A stretch of 64,000 nt of DNA from an uncultured Gammaproteobacteria bacterium. Lineage in GTDB: Bacteria; Patescibacteriota; Patescibacteriia; Magasanikbacterales; UBA922. This document shows, one piece after another, positions 37,175-47,777 of the stretch (positions are counted from its first letter, which is position 1; each line of letters begins with the position of its first letter). The stretch is taken from the NCBI GenBank assembly GCA_964592785.1, contig CAZQHU010000002.1, positions 12,680-76,679 on the forward strand. The letters run 5' to 3'. Made by a program: the position numbers and the translations under genes. The notes beneath the pieces are model-generated. The model was not told the origin of the DNA. It worked only from the letters and a program-made list of their open reading frames with translations, and ran no database searches.

Positions 37175-39175
37175 TTATTCTTGAATATTACGATAAAAAC
37201 TCCACCACTTATAAAAATCATAAGCAATTGGCGCAGCTGTGGCACTTCCTTCTCCTCCTTCCTCCACCAAAATGGTGAGAGTAATTTCGGGATTTTCAAA
37301 TGGTGCAAAAGAGGTAAACCAAGCATGATTTGGTTTTTTACTATTCCATTGTGCAGTTCCAGTTTTTCCGGCAACCGAAATTGGCAAGAGCGACAAACGT
37401 CTACAGGAACCATAATCTACACAATCTTTCATGCCCATCCTAATAGTTTTAATATTGTCTGGATTAATAAAGTTTTCATTCAAAATGGAACTTTCTACGG
37501 GTTGCTCTTCTTTGGTGATTGGATCAATAACTGCTTTAATGATTTCTGGTTTGTAAAGAGTTCCACCATTGGCAAAAACAGCGGTCATGGCTGCTACTTG
37601 TAAAGGTGTAACCAGGAGATCCCCTTGTCCGATTGAAAGATTATAAGTATCACCTACATACCATCTTTCATTTTTAACCCTTTCCTTCCATTCTTTAGAT
37701 GGCAAAAATCCTTTTTCTTCACCTGGTAGATCCAATCCTAAAATTTTTCCAAAACCAAATTTTTTTAAATACTCTGTGATTTTTTCTACTCCCAAACCCA
37801 TAAAGTTATTATAACCACCACCAATATAATAAAAGAAGGTATTGACCGACCAAGCCAGCGCTCTTCTGACATCTGTGGAGCCATGGCCACCGGCTTGCCA
37901 ATCTGGAAAAAACCATTGCCCTACTTGCAGGCCACCAGTACTCAAAAAAACTGTTTTAGCATTAATAATCCTCTCCTCCATGGCTGCTGCAGCAATTGCT
38001 GGTTTGATAGTTGATCCCGAAGGAAAAATTCCGCTGTAAGCTCGACTAAAAAGAGGTTGATCAGGATCATTTAAATAATTATTGTAAATTTCTTTTTTGA
38101 TACCGCCAGAAAAATCATTATTATCAAAAGTTGGTAAACTAACCAAGGCTAACACTTGACCATTATTAGGATCAAGAACAATAGCGCTAACCCGGCGTAA
38201 ATTGGAATTTTTTAAATAAGACAAAATTATCTCTTCCAATTTATTTTGTATGATTTTATCTATACTTAATTCTAAATAAAAACCAGGAACTGGTGCTTCT
38301 TCAGCCAAAACAGTTTGTTCACGACCAGCAGCATCCACTTCTATTCTTTTACGACCATAGGTACCTCTAAGAAAAGTTTCATAACTTTTTTCAATCCCAG
38401 TTTTACCAATTAAATCTGAAGGATAATAACCTTCTGAATATAGACTTTTCAATTCGTCTTTGTTTAATTTACCAATATAGCCAACCACATGTGATAAAGA
38501 ATTGGGTGTTGAGGTGGTAATTTCTTCTGTTTGGGTATTTAAATAAAGACGTTTGCTACCGCGTTGAATTTGAATACCAGGCAAATCATCTCCCAGGGCA
38601 ATTAAAATAGACAGAGCTGTATCATATTCTAAATTTTCTTTGATAACTATAGATTCATAAGTGTAATCCTTGTATTCTTCCAATAAAGCACGGATTTCTT
38701 CCACGGAAATACCAGTCAATGAAGAAAGTTTTGAAATAATATTTTCTCTCAATTCCACTGATCGAGGCAAGGATTGAGGAATTATAGCCAAAGAAAAATT
38801 TGGGATATTCTTGGTCAAAGATAAACCGTTGCGGTCATAGATTAATCCTCGTTCAGCTGGAATAGGTACAATGCGTTGGCGATTATTTTCAGCCAGAACT
38901 CGATTATCAGTACCCTGAATAATTTGTAAATAAAAAAGTCGTAAAAAAATAAAAAGGAAAATTATGAATACAGATAAAAATAAAAAAAATAACCGTCGAG
39001 CAGTGAAACTATTGCCCAAATATTCTCTAGTGTAGTTGGAAAATTTTTTTTGTTTACCGTAAGCTTTTTCAAAATAAAAAGACTCTTCAACCCAGTCTTC
39101 GTGAAAATTTTCGGAAAATTTTCCTACTGAAATTTCTCCGCCTGATTTGAATAGATCTTTTTTAACTTCTTCCAT
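37175..39175 (-). CDS. mrdA: Penicillin-binding protein 2
   Basis: RLFYLQI, AERGLIYDRNG, GSTIK (SxxK), SVN, AGKTGTAQ; follows mreBCD. Confidence 0.95.
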   Translation of the reverse strand: MEEVKKDLFKSGGEISVGKFSENFHEDWVEESFYFEKAYGKQKKFSNYTREYLGNSFTARRLFFLFLSVFIIFLFIFLRLFYLQIIQGTDNRVLAENNRQRIVPIPAERGLIYDRNGLSLTKNIPNFSLAIIPQSLPRSVELRENIISKLSSLTGISVEEIRALLEEYKDYTYESIVIKENLEYDTALSILIALGDDLPGIQIQRGSKRLYLNTQTEEITTSTPNSLSHVVGYIGKLNKDELKSLYSEGYYPSDLIGKTGIEKSYETFLRGTYGRKRIEVDAAGREQTVLAEEAPVPGFYLELSIDKIIQNKLEEIILSYLKNSNLRRVSAIVLDPNNGQVLALVSLPTFDNNDFSGGIKKEIYNNYLNDPDQPLFSRAYSGIFPSGSTIKPAIAAAAMEERIINAKTVFLSTGGLQVGQWFFPDWQAGGHGSTDVRRALAWSVNTFFYYIGGGYNNFMGLGVEKITEYLKKFGFGKILGLDLPGEEKGFLPSKEWKERVKNERWYVGDTYNLSIGQGDLLVTPLQVAAMTAVFANGGTLYKPEIIKAVIDPITKEEQPVESSILNENFINPDNIKTIRMGMKDCVDYGSCRRLSLLPISVAGKTGTAQWNSKKPNHAWFTSFAPFENPEITLTILVEEGGEGSATAAPIAYDFYKWWSFYRNIQE

Positions 39176-39707
39176 AAATACCACCTTCGATAATGGCAGC
39201 GCTCAATCTTCTAGAAAAGCGCGACATAATCAAATAAAAAAATAAAACTACTAAAGCTGTAAAAAATGTTTCCCAAAACCAGGTAACAAATAGTAAATCC
39301 CAAAAAATAAAATCGATTATATTTAAAATATATAAAATTAAAATTCCCAATAAATATAATAATCTAAAAAAAGTGACGGTAAAAATAGCCAAAACTGTGG
39401 AGGCATACCAGGAACGGTTGGTAAAAATATTACGATAAAGCCAAAAACTAACCAAAAAAGCACAGGTACTTGAAAACAAAACCAAACCAAAAGGACTGGC
39501 ATTGAAAAGTTCCAAAAGAAAATGAGAAAAAAAGACTAGCCAGACAACCATCCCAGAGTCAGACCACAAAAGCCATAAAATAAAAAAGGCAAAAAGAAAA
39601 TTAAATTTAGAAAAAGGAAAAGGTAAAAGATATGTTAAACCAAGATGTAAAGCAGTGAAGAAAATTAAGATAAAAAAAATGGCTATAAAACGAAACAGAA
39701 TGCGCAT
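39162..39707 (-). CDS. mreD: Rod shape-determining protein MreD
   Basis: Polytopic membrane protein between mreC and pbp2. Confidence 0.75.
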   Translation of the reverse strand: MRILFRFIAIFFILIFFTALHLGLTYLLPFPFSKFNFLFAFFILWLLWSDSGMVVWLVFFSHFLLELFNASPFGLVLFSSTCAFLVSFWLYRNIFTNRSWYASTVLAIFTVTFFRLLYLLGILILYILNIIDFIFWDLLFVTWFWETFFTALVVLFFYLIMSRFSRRLSAAIIEGGIYGRS

Positions 39708-39708
39708 A

Positions 39709-40506
39709 TTAATTAGAGATAATAACGCTAACCATAAAAATTTTGTTCAAATCAAAAAAAGGCGTAAGAATAGCATTTTGAAAAGGCTGATAAGCTTCTT
39801 TTTCTACAGTTTCCACCCTACCAATCAAAAGACCTTTGGGAATTTTTTCTTCCAAACCAGATGAAACCACTGAGTCCCCCACGTTGATAATTTCATTTTG
39901 TGGAATATAATTTAAATAAACGCTTATACCATAGCCACCTTCTACAAGACCTAGACTTTTATCTTTGTTTATCACCGTAGCAGCAATTTTACTTTGGTTA
40001 TCATTAATTAAACGGATAACAGAAGTTTTTTCTTGAACTTTGGCTATTGTGCCGACCAATATTCCCTGATTGACTATGACTGGGTTGCCAACCTGGAGGT
40101 CACTATCTTCACCACGATTGATGATTATGGTGTTTCCCAGAGTATCAATATTTTTACCAATTACTTCCGCTCCGACAGTTTGCCAAGATTTTTTTTGTAA
40201 AAAACTTAACTGTTCCCGCAATTCGTTATTTTCATCTTCCAATAATTTTTTTTGAGTGCTGTCAATTTTATTTTTTAAAAATTCTTCTTTCAAAGTAAAA
40301 TAAGCTTCTCGCCACTCCTCCAAAGTGGAAAATTGTTGTTCTCGATTTTGGATATTTATATTCCAATCATACATTTCCTGTGAAACTGGGGTAATAATTG
40401 ATCGTAAAAAATTTTCCAATCCTGAAAGCCAACCTAAATAATGAAAAAAAATTGTTAAAAAAATAACAAAAACTATAGATACTAAAGTTCTCATTTTTTT
40501 ATTCAT
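39709..40506 (-). CDS. mreC: Rod shape-determining protein MreC
   Basis: TM, ENNELREQL coiled coil, IINRG, VVSSGL..IPKGLLIG. Confidence 0.93.
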   Translation of the reverse strand: MNKKMRTLVSIVFVIFLTIFFHYLGWLSGLENFLRSIITPVSQEMYDWNINIQNREQQFSTLEEWREAYFTLKEEFLKNKIDSTQKKLLEDENNELREQLSFLQKKSWQTVGAEVIGKNIDTLGNTIIINRGEDSDLQVGNPVIVNQGILVGTIAKVQEKTSVIRLINDNQSKIAATVINKDKSLGLVEGGYGISVYLNYIPQNEIINVGDSVVSSGLEEKIPKGLLIGRVETVEKEAYQPFQNAILTPFFDLNKIFMVSVIISN

Positions 40507-40511
40507 AAGGG

Positions 40512-41564
40512 CTATTTCTTATTAATGCGAGCGGAAGGTAAAACTATTTCTTTCAAAAGGTCGGGTTGATCCAAAAGAATTCCCGTACCTCGTACCACAG
40601 CACTCAAAGAGTCATCAGCCAAACGGACGGGAATTTCGGTAGCTTCGGCTATCACTCGATCAAGACCTTTGAGAAGTGAACCACCCCCAGTCAGAAGTAA
40701 TCCTCTCTCGTGGATGTCGGCAGTCAATTCCGGAGGAGTTATTTCCAAAGTCATTTTTATATGTTCTACTATAGTATTCACAGAACGTTCCAAAGCTTCA
40801 CGAATTTGAACGTCAGTCACAGTCACTTCCCGGGGCAAACCAGTAATAACATCTCTTCCTTTCATGGCAAATTCAGTAGTTCCGCCCGTATCCATGGCTG
40901 AGCCAACTTTAATTTTTATTTGTTCTGCTTGTGTCTCACCAATAAAAAGATTAAAAACTTCACGTGCATATTGCATAATATTGCGGTTCATTTCATCACC
41001 TGCTACTGGTGTGGATTTCCAAGCGACTATCCCGTGTAAAGAAATAACTGCTACTTCTGTATTACCTCCTCCAATATCCACAATTAAATTACCTACCGGG
41101 TCTTGAATTGGCATACGCGCCCCAATCGCCGCTGCCATTGGTTCTTGAACCACAAAGACTTCTTTGGCTCCAGCTGATAGAGTGGCATCTTCCACAGCTT
41201 TGGTTTCTACTTCAGTAACTTCCAAAGGTACACAAATAATAACTCTTGGTCGATTCAAAAAATTCCAAGCATCATCTTGAATTTTATCAATAAAATACCT
41301 TAACATTTTTTCTGTAACCTCATAATCTGATATTACTCCCTTGGTTAAGGGACGAGTAACCGTAATGTGAGGGGGTGTTTTACCTAGCATACTTTTGGCT
41401 TCATTACCTACAGCCAATATTTGTTCGGTACGGGTGTTCACAGCAACTACCGAAGGTTCATCAATAACAATCCCCTTGCCTTTAACATAGACCAAAGTGT
41501 TAGCAGTACCTAAATCAATGCCGATGTCCTTGTTAAATTTTTCAAAAAAATTTTTAAATATCAT
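40512..41564 (-). CDS. mreB: Rod shape-determining protein MreB
   Basis: IGIDLGTANT, EPMAAAIGA, VDIGGG, TPPEL, LTGGG. Confidence 0.97.
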   Translation of the reverse strand: MIFKNFFEKFNKDIGIDLGTANTLVYVKGKGIVIDEPSVVAVNTRTEQILAVGNEAKSMLGKTPPHITVTRPLTKGVISDYEVTEKMLRYFIDKIQDDAWNFLNRPRVIICVPLEVTEVETKAVEDATLSAGAKEVFVVQEPMAAAIGARMPIQDPVGNLIVDIGGGNTEVAVISLHGIVAWKSTPVAGDEMNRNIMQYAREVFNLFIGETQAEQIKIKVGSAMDTGGTTEFAMKGRDVITGLPREVTVTDVQIREALERSVNTIVEHIKMTLEITPPELTADIHERGLLLTGGGSLLKGLDRVIAEATEIPVRLADDSLSAVVRGTGILLDQPDLLKEIVLPSARINKK

Positions 41565-41567
41565 AAT

Positions 41568-42803
41568 TTAAATTTTATTCAATAATACCAAGTTGGTTTC
41601 CCCACTTTTCCGATCAATCACTTCTACACTTTCTTTTTCTAAAGTTTTGGCGCTAATAATATAACGATAAGGTATGCCAATTAAATCGCTATCAGCAAAT
41701 TTTTGCCCAGGAGTTACTTCTTCTCGATCGTCAAATAAAACTTCTTTGCCAGAAGCCAATAATTTTTTATATAATTTTTCAGCTTGCTCTTTTTCTGTGG
41801 AAATTTTGGCCAAAGAAACCAAATGAATTTCAAACGGTGCAACCTCTTCAGGCCAGACGATACCCTTTTCATCAGACAAGATTTCTACAATAGTGCCCAT
41901 AAGCCGACCCAAGCCTATGCCATACGAACCCATAAAAACCAGGCTTTCTTCACCTTTTTCATTTTTGTATTTGAAATCAAACGGCTCGGAAAATCTTGTA
42001 CCCAAAGTAAATATATTACCAACCTCAATGGCCTTTGCTTCTTTTAGGTTTTCTTTTTCTAAGTTTAAATCTTTCAAAACTTGGTCGTTGTAGACTTCTT
42101 TGTTAACTGCCAATTTTTTTTCTTCATCTAAATAAATAATATCTTCCCCTGCTTCACAAATAGTTTGAAACTCATGACTATAACGAGAAAAAGTTCCACC
42201 CGAAGCGAAGGTCAAATAAGTTTGTTTCGCTATACCGACACGATTAAATATTTTTTTGTAAGCCTCTGAAGCTTGGTTATAAAAAGATAAATGTTCAGAT
42301 TCATTTTTGGAAAATGAATATAAAGCTTTCCAAAAAAATTCCCTACCTCTTAAAAGACCTGATTTACTCCGAGCTTCATTTCTAAAAATCTCTTTAAAAT
42401 CATAAGGGTAAGCCGGTAAATCTTTATATGAATTAATATATTGTTTTAAAATATTTGAGTAAGCTTCTTCATTAGTAAAAGATAAACCAACTTCTGTGCC
42501 ATTTTTAAATTTTGTTTTAAACCAATTATCAACCAAAGAATCATCCCATCTATTAGATTTCATCCAAACTTCTTTGCTTTGTAAAACTGAAGTTTTCATT
42601 TCTATTCCCCCAATGGCATTCATCTCCTCTCTTATAATTTTTTCAATTTTTTTAATTACTCTCAATCCCAAAGGTAATAAAGAATAAACACCAGCCATTT
42701 CTTTGAAAACAAAACCGCCTCGGATCAAAAACTGAGCATTTTGGGCGGTCTCATCAGCTGGAACTTCTCGCCTAGTTTTGATAAATAATTGTGATTGACG
42801 CAT
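41568..42803 (-). CDS. proS: Prolyl-tRNA synthetase (short form, no INS editing domain)
   Basis: MRQSQLF, AGVYSLLPLG, FRNEAR, SHEFQ, IEVGNIF.LG, MGSYGIG. Confidence 0.93.
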   Translation of the reverse strand: MRQSQLFIKTRREVPADETAQNAQFLIRGGFVFKEMAGVYSLLPLGLRVIKKIEKIIREEMNAIGGIEMKTSVLQSKEVWMKSNRWDDSLVDNWFKTKFKNGTEVGLSFTNEEAYSNILKQYINSYKDLPAYPYDFKEIFRNEARSKSGLLRGREFFWKALYSFSKNESEHLSFYNQASEAYKKIFNRVGIAKQTYLTFASGGTFSRYSHEFQTICEAGEDIIYLDEEKKLAVNKEVYNDQVLKDLNLEKENLKEAKAIEVGNIFTLGTRFSEPFDFKYKNEKGEESLVFMGSYGIGLGRLMGTIVEILSDEKGIVWPEEVAPFEIHLVSLAKISTEKEQAEKLYKKLLASGKEVLFDDREEVTPGQKFADSDLIGIPYRYIISAKTLEKESVEVIDRKSGETNLVLLNKI

Positions 42804-42809
42804 ATAATC

Positions 42810-43214
42810 TTAATTTATTAATTGATCATTATTATTAAACTTTTTTTTAGAAAATTTTAACAGTGCCATGAAAAATATCAAACCCATAAAAATACCAAAA
42901 TTCCACCAACGTAAATAACCCTGACCTTGTAAAAATAATAAAAAAACTAGAATAAAAGAAATCAAAAAAGCCCAAACAAAACTTCTTTCCACAGCTTTAA
43001 ATAAAAGTATTTCTGTAGACGAAAAATAATAATAAAATAAAAAACTAAACAAAGAAAAAGTACCCAAAAGAGCTAAAAATAAACTAAAATAGAAAAAAAC
43101 AAAACCCATCAAAGCCTCTTGAAATGGATCAACATTCATTATAACCATACCCCAAGCCACCCAGCATAAAATGGCCCCCAAGGTCATAATCAAAAGATAC
43201 TGTCTAAGAGACAT
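42810..43214 (-). CDS. Membrane hypothetical protein (4 TM)
   Basis: Hydrophobic 134-aa ORF in operon context. Confidence 0.75.
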   Translation of the reverse strand: MSLRQYLLIMTLGAILCWVAWGMVIMNVDPFQEALMGFVFFYFSLFLALLGTFSLFSFLFYYYFSSTEILLFKAVERSFVWAFLISFILVFLLFLQGQGYLRWWNFGIFMGLIFFMALLKFSKKKFNNNDQLIN

Positions 43215-43285
43215 AATAAAAAAATAAAATAGCTTATACTATTCTATAGTTTACCCTTTTTGGCCAATTTTAGCAAGACTTCTTC

Positions 43286-43585
43286 TCAAAGCAAATAACG
43301 AATCCTGTCCACATCTTTTTTGCCTAATTTTTCATTGATTTTTTCAAGTATCTGAACTTGATGGGCCATAAGTTCAGCAGCCAGTTCGGCTTTGACGCAA
43401 GCTATGGTCAAGGTCCTATTTTTCAAAAATAAAGGCCTGAAATCCAAGACTCGATCTTCGCCGAAAATTTCCTTGATACTGTCCTCAGCTTTTTTCACGA
43501 CCAAATCAGAGACATCCAATTTTTTATTACTTGTCCCATTGTTTTTATTTTTTTTTGGAAAATTGTTGGAATTATTAAAAGTCAT
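43286..43585 (-). CDS. DUF721/DciA-like protein
   Basis: LKNRTLTIACVKAELAAEL...ILEKINEKLG..VDRIRY pattern. Confidence 0.65.
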   Translation of the reverse strand: MTFNNSNNFPKKNKNNGTSNKKLDVSDLVVKKAEDSIKEIFGEDRVLDFRPLFLKNRTLTIACVKAELAAELMAHQVQILEKINEKLGKKDVDRIRYLL

Positions 43586-44103
43586 ACTATATACAAATAT
43601 ATATTATCATTTTTTTCTTTATATTGCCAATCTGGAAAAGTAAAACCATGAGAAATCACTCGACTACCTGGTCTCATTTCTTTTTTAATTTTTTTAGACA
43701 TCTCTTGCATTTTGGTGTTTATAAAATACATAAACAAAACATCAATATGATCTAAATCATATTGCCAAAAATTAGTGCATTGAAAACTAACATTTTTTAC
43801 ACCTCTAACAAAAGCGTTTAACTTTGACCAATAACAAAGTATCGGATTTATCTCAATCCCTAAGCAGTCAGCGCCAGTTTTGGCAGCAGTAAAAACTATA
43901 CGACCATCACCAGAACCAAGATCCAACGCTTTTTCACCTGACTTCAAATTTGATAAATAAATCATCTTATCTGTTCTCTTTTTATCAGTGGGTACAAAGG
44001 GAGCGCCTGTGTAAAATGAATAAAATATGTAAAACAAAAATATCACAATTAAAAACAGTAGAAAAAAAGAAGATAAACTTATAATTATTTCAATGATAAA
44101 CAT
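43582..44103 (-). CDS. Class I SAM-dependent methyltransferase with N-terminal TM
   Basis: GAPFVPT, LDLGSGDGR, GIEINP, PGSRVISHGF; ATG 44103 avoids overlap with the helicase. Confidence 0.88.
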   Translation of the reverse strand: MFIIEIIISLSSFFLLFLIVIFLFYIFYSFYTGAPFVPTDKKRTDKMIYLSNLKSGEKALDLGSGDGRIVFTAAKTGADCLGIEINPILCYWSKLNAFVRGVKNVSFQCTNFWQYDLDHIDVLFMYFINTKMQEMSKKIKKEMRPGSRVISHGFTFPDWQYKEKNDNIYLYIV

Positions 44104-44104
44104 A

Positions 44105-47035
44105 CTACAATTCTCTAAACTCACAAATATCCCTGAAATCACAATGAGCACAAAGAAAATGATTGGGAGTTGGGGTAAAATCATTTTTTTTGATATTTTC
44201 AATTGTTTCCAGAACTTTTTCTTTAATTTTTAAAAGTTCCTGATCAGTGCCTATAAATTCCAACTTAATATTTTCTTCTAAATAATAAAAAACTAATTGT
44301 TCAACTGGGCCTAAATTTTTGTATTCCGGTAGAGTTTCCACTGCCAATTGGTAAATTAAAAGTTGATCTTTATCATCAGCCAAAAGTTTTTCTTTGGCCT
44401 TACCTGTTTTATAATCAATTATTCGTAAATTGCCTTCTGTCGATCGGTCTATTCTATCCATTCTGCCTTGCAAAAAATAATCACCCACTTTTATTTTGAA
44501 CCAGCCTTCCAAAGAGACTGGTATCTGCCATTGGCCATCTTCTGCTTGATAAAAAATTTTTAAAATTTCTCTACCTTTTTTATAATAAGCTTCACGCTGT
44601 TTTTCGCTTTCATACCAATCGGCAATCCAACAAGTTTCAAACAAATCTAACAAATCTTGAAGTGAAGGAGCTTTTATTAATTCTTTTGAGGTGTTTTCAA
44701 TAGTTGGCAAAGAAAAAAGAGAATTTTGTTTGAGACTGTTCAATTCTATTATCTTTTCATAAAATTTTTGTAAAGTATTGTGGACACTTTGTCCAAAACT
44801 AAAACTAGCAGAACCTTTGGTTGGTATATGGAGAATATGAGCCAATTTGTATTGATAAGGACATTTTTGATAAGAATTTATTTGTGAATAAGAAAATTTA
44901 TCTGGAGTTGGGTAACTATTTTCTTTTTCTATCGAAGTATTTACCAAAGGTTTGGAAAAAATAGAAGAATTATTTTTTTGAATTTCTTCTGTAAACAAAT
45001 CCTCGGATAATTCTGTCAAAAATCTACTTAATTTTTTCTGGCGAACACCACCATAATTCAGGGCTGAAGTTAAAAATAACTTTTCTTTAGCTCGAGTTAC
45101 ACCCACATAAAAAAGTCTTCTTTCTTCTTGGATATGAAAATCTCCTTCAGGTAATCTTTCCTTGATCAAAGCCAGTGGTAATTCAATAGCTTCTGAACGT
45201 CTACGACTGGGAAACCTATCCTCTACCAAATTAACCATAAAAACATACCTAAATTCCAAGCCTTTGGCACCATGGATAGTCATTATCTTTAGTGAATCAA
45301 AAAAATCATCAGGGTGATGCAGAGAACCTTCATCCCCTGCTTCCATAAGATATTGGTAATGATTTACAAAATCAGAAACTTTGGCTCCTGACAAATTTTC
45401 TTCAAATTTTGCAAGTTCAGAAAAGAAATCACGTAAATGATGGATTTGTTTAATGATTCTTTCATCACCCTCTGTTTCTTTTTTCGTTAAATAAGCCAAA
45501 TAACCACTGTTTTCCAAAAAATCCAATAGAACAACTGTGGGTTTTTCTGTACGCGCTTTTTTTACTCCTTCGATTATTAAAGAATACAGATGCTGACAAA
45601 TATTTTCACCTTTTTGGCTCAGACCAATTTCTGGAATGATTTTTAAAACTTCAAAATAACTTAATGATTTTTTCTTTGAAAAATGAATTAATTGTTGTAA
45701 ATCTTCTTCGGATAACCCCCAAAAAGGCAGTAGTAGAAGCCGATAAATCGCTGTTGACTCATGATAATGATCAATAACTTTCAAAAAATTCAGAACATCT
45801 AAAATAATAGGTTGACGATAGAGCCCAGAAGAAGCTAAAAATTCATAAGGGATTTTGGCTTTTTCCAAAGCATTTATAAAAGGATCGGCCTGTGCATTGG
45901 CTCTAATCAAAATAACAAAATCACTCCAAACCGCACCTTGATTTTTTAATTCAAAAATTTTTTGTAATACCCAATCCACTTCTGCTTCTATTGTTTTTTC
46001 TTGAACTTGTAAAATTTGTGAATTTATTTGATTATTTTTAGCATCCAATTTTTTAACAATGTTTAATTTAACTTCCAAGCGATCCGGATTGTTATTCTGT
46101 ATTGAATGATATGCCAAATCCAAAATCTTCTGCCCCGAACGATAATTTTCTGTCAAAACAATTTCTTTGGCTTCTGGATAATCATCTTTGAAACGTAAAA
46201 TATTGGAAACACTGGCACCCCGAAAAGCATAAATACTTTGGTCATCATCACCCACGACTGTCAGTTGACTATTCTTGGCCAAAAGTCTGACTAGTTCATA
46301 TTGAGCAAAATTTACATCTTGAAATTCATCTACTAAAATAAATCTGAATTGTGAACGCAATTGTTCTAAAATATTTTGTCTTTCTTTGAGTAACTTTAAA
46401 CTATAGAAAATTAAATCTCCAAAATCCAGGGCATTATTATCCAAGAGCAATTGATTATAAACATGATAGGCATTGGCCACCTCTTCCAAGCGAGTTTTTT
46501 CGTCACTATTTATTTGATCGCTATCCAATTTTAAATTTTCTACATAAGAAAGATAATCATCCGTTGAAATCAATTCATCTTTACATTTGGAAAAATGCTT
46601 GATCAATTCATGAATATGCCGTGCAGGATTGCCAATAGGGCGATAATAATTCAAATTAAATTTATCTAAATTTTCCCTTACCAAGAGCCAGGCATCGATA
46701 TTGGTGAGAAGTTTAAAATGATTGGGTAAACCAATATCCAAACCATAATTTTCTAAAAGTTTTTGGCCAAAAGCATGAAAAGTGGAAATTTGCATCTCAC
46801 TATAGCCAATTGTCAATTGTTGATCTACTCTTTCTTCCATTTCTCCAGCGGCTTTTTCAGTAAAAGTCAAAGCCAAAATTTCTTCAGGTTTAGCTAATTT
46901 TTTATTTATTAAATAATTTATTTTTTCGCTAATAACAGTAGTTTTGCCTGTACCAGCTCCGGCCACGATCAAAAGTGGACCACTGATGTAATCCACTGCC
47001 TCCTGCTGTTGTTTGTTCAAAATTTTTTCTGACAT
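44105..47035 (-). CDS. UvrD/PcrA-like helicase fused to a PD-(D/E)XK nuclease with Fe-S Cys motifs
   Basis: AGAGTGKT, VDEFQD, VGDDDQSIY, TIHGAKGLEF, EERRLFYV; C-terminal CPYQY..GRMDRID..IDYKTG..CAHCDFRDIC. Confidence 0.93.
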   Translation of the reverse strand: MSEKILNKQQQEAVDYISGPLLIVAGAGTGKTTVISEKINYLINKKLAKPEEILALTFTEKAAGEMEERVDQQLTIGYSEMQISTFHAFGQKLLENYGLDIGLPNHFKLLTNIDAWLLVRENLDKFNLNYYRPIGNPARHIHELIKHFSKCKDELISTDDYLSYVENLKLDSDQINSDEKTRLEEVANAYHVYNQLLLDNNALDFGDLIFYSLKLLKERQNILEQLRSQFRFILVDEFQDVNFAQYELVRLLAKNSQLTVVGDDDQSIYAFRGASVSNILRFKDDYPEAKEIVLTENYRSGQKILDLAYHSIQNNNPDRLEVKLNIVKKLDAKNNQINSQILQVQEKTIEAEVDWVLQKIFELKNQGAVWSDFVILIRANAQADPFINALEKAKIPYEFLASSGLYRQPIILDVLNFLKVIDHYHESTAIYRLLLLPFWGLSEEDLQQLIHFSKKKSLSYFEVLKIIPEIGLSQKGENICQHLYSLIIEGVKKARTEKPTVVLLDFLENSGYLAYLTKKETEGDERIIKQIHHLRDFFSELAKFEENLSGAKVSDFVNHYQYLMEAGDEGSLHHPDDFFDSLKIMTIHGAKGLEFRYVFMVNLVEDRFPSRRRSEAIELPLALIKERLPEGDFHIQEERRLFYVGVTRAKEKLFLTSALNYGGVRQKKLSRFLTELSEDLFTEEIQKNNSSIFSKPLVNTSIEKENSYPTPDKFSYSQINSYQKCPYQYKLAHILHIPTKGSASFSFGQSVHNTLQKFYEKIIELNSLKQNSLFSLPTIENTSKELIKAPSLQDLLDLFETCWIADWYESEKQREAYYKKGREILKIFYQAEDGQWQIPVSLEGWFKIKVGDYFLQGRMDRIDRSTEGNLRIIDYKTGKAKEKLLADDKDQLLIYQLAVETLPEYKNLGPVEQLVFYYLEENIKLEFIGTDQELLKIKEKVLETIENIKKNDFTPTPNHFLCAHCDFRDICEFREL

Positions 47036-47041
47036 TTGAAA

Positions 47042-47464
47042 TTATTTTAAACTAATCAAAATTGCTCCACCAGCAATCATAGCCGAACCTAGTAAACTTC
47101 GCCAAGTTAAACCTTCACCAAGAAACATCGCTGCCAATAAAATCACAAAAACAATACTCAATCGATCAATCGCTACTACCTTACCAGCAATACCATATTT
47201 AAGAGCAAAAAAATAAAATAACCAAGATAGAGCCCCGGCAATACCAGACAAGGTGATCAAGAGCCAATCTTTACCACTTAAATCATTAAAATTGAAACCA
47301 TTAAACTTTTTCATGGCCAAAGCTAGAGAAAACAAAAAAATCGCCATGATAATAGAGCGAATGGTAGTCGCCAAGGTAGAATCTACGGTCTTTAGACCCA
47401 ATTTACCAAAAATAGCCACAGCTGCGGCAAAAGCTGCTGAAAGAAAAGCATAAAATAACCACAT
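47042..47464 (-). CDS. EamA/DMT family transporter
   Basis: FGKLGL..VDSTLATTIR, LSWLFYFFALK, IDRLS, FLGE. Confidence 0.9.
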   Translation of the reverse strand: MWLFYAFLSAAFAAAVAIFGKLGLKTVDSTLATTIRSIIMAIFLFSLALAMKKFNGFNFNDLSGKDWLLITLSGIAGALSWLFYFFALKYGIAGKVVAIDRLSIVFVILLAAMFLGEGLTWRSLLGSAMIAGGAILISLK

Positions 47465-47539
47465 AATAAATTATCTAAAAAATAATTAAGACTGATTTAT
47501 TTTAACATTATTTTTTATAAATTGACAGTACCCAAAAAC

Positions 47540-47564
47540 AAAAGCGGTTTTTTGACCGCTTTTG
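47540..47564 (-). terminator. Terminator after the Cys-rich small ORF
   Basis: aaaagcggt-ttttttg-accgctttt. Confidence 0.7.
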
Positions 47565-47570
47565 TAAGAA

Positions 47571-47702
47571 TTACATTTCTTCATCAGAGAGATCTTCTTC
47601 ATCACTCTCTTCGGAATAGCACTCGCAACAATTGTCGCAAGCGTCGCACTTTGGACAAGCAATATCCTCATCCATGGGCATACCACATTGTGGACACTCC
47701 AT
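47571..47702 (-). CDS. 43-aa Cys-rich, acidic microprotein (not in ORF track)
   Basis: MECPQCGMPMDEDIACPKCDACDNCCECYSEESDEEDLSDEEM; 8 Cys; own terminator. Confidence 0.75.
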   Translation of the reverse strand: MECPQCGMPMDEDIACPKCDACDNCCECYSEESDEEDLSDEEM

Positions 47703-47777
47703 ATAAAATATTAATGATTATTGTATGTCTATATTATCCCACATCTATAATATTTTCGTCCAGAAATTCATCCACAA

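Noticed and set aside
44104-44202. 98-nt overlap of methyltransferase and helicase genes
   Set aside because: Disappears when ATG 44103 is used as the start.
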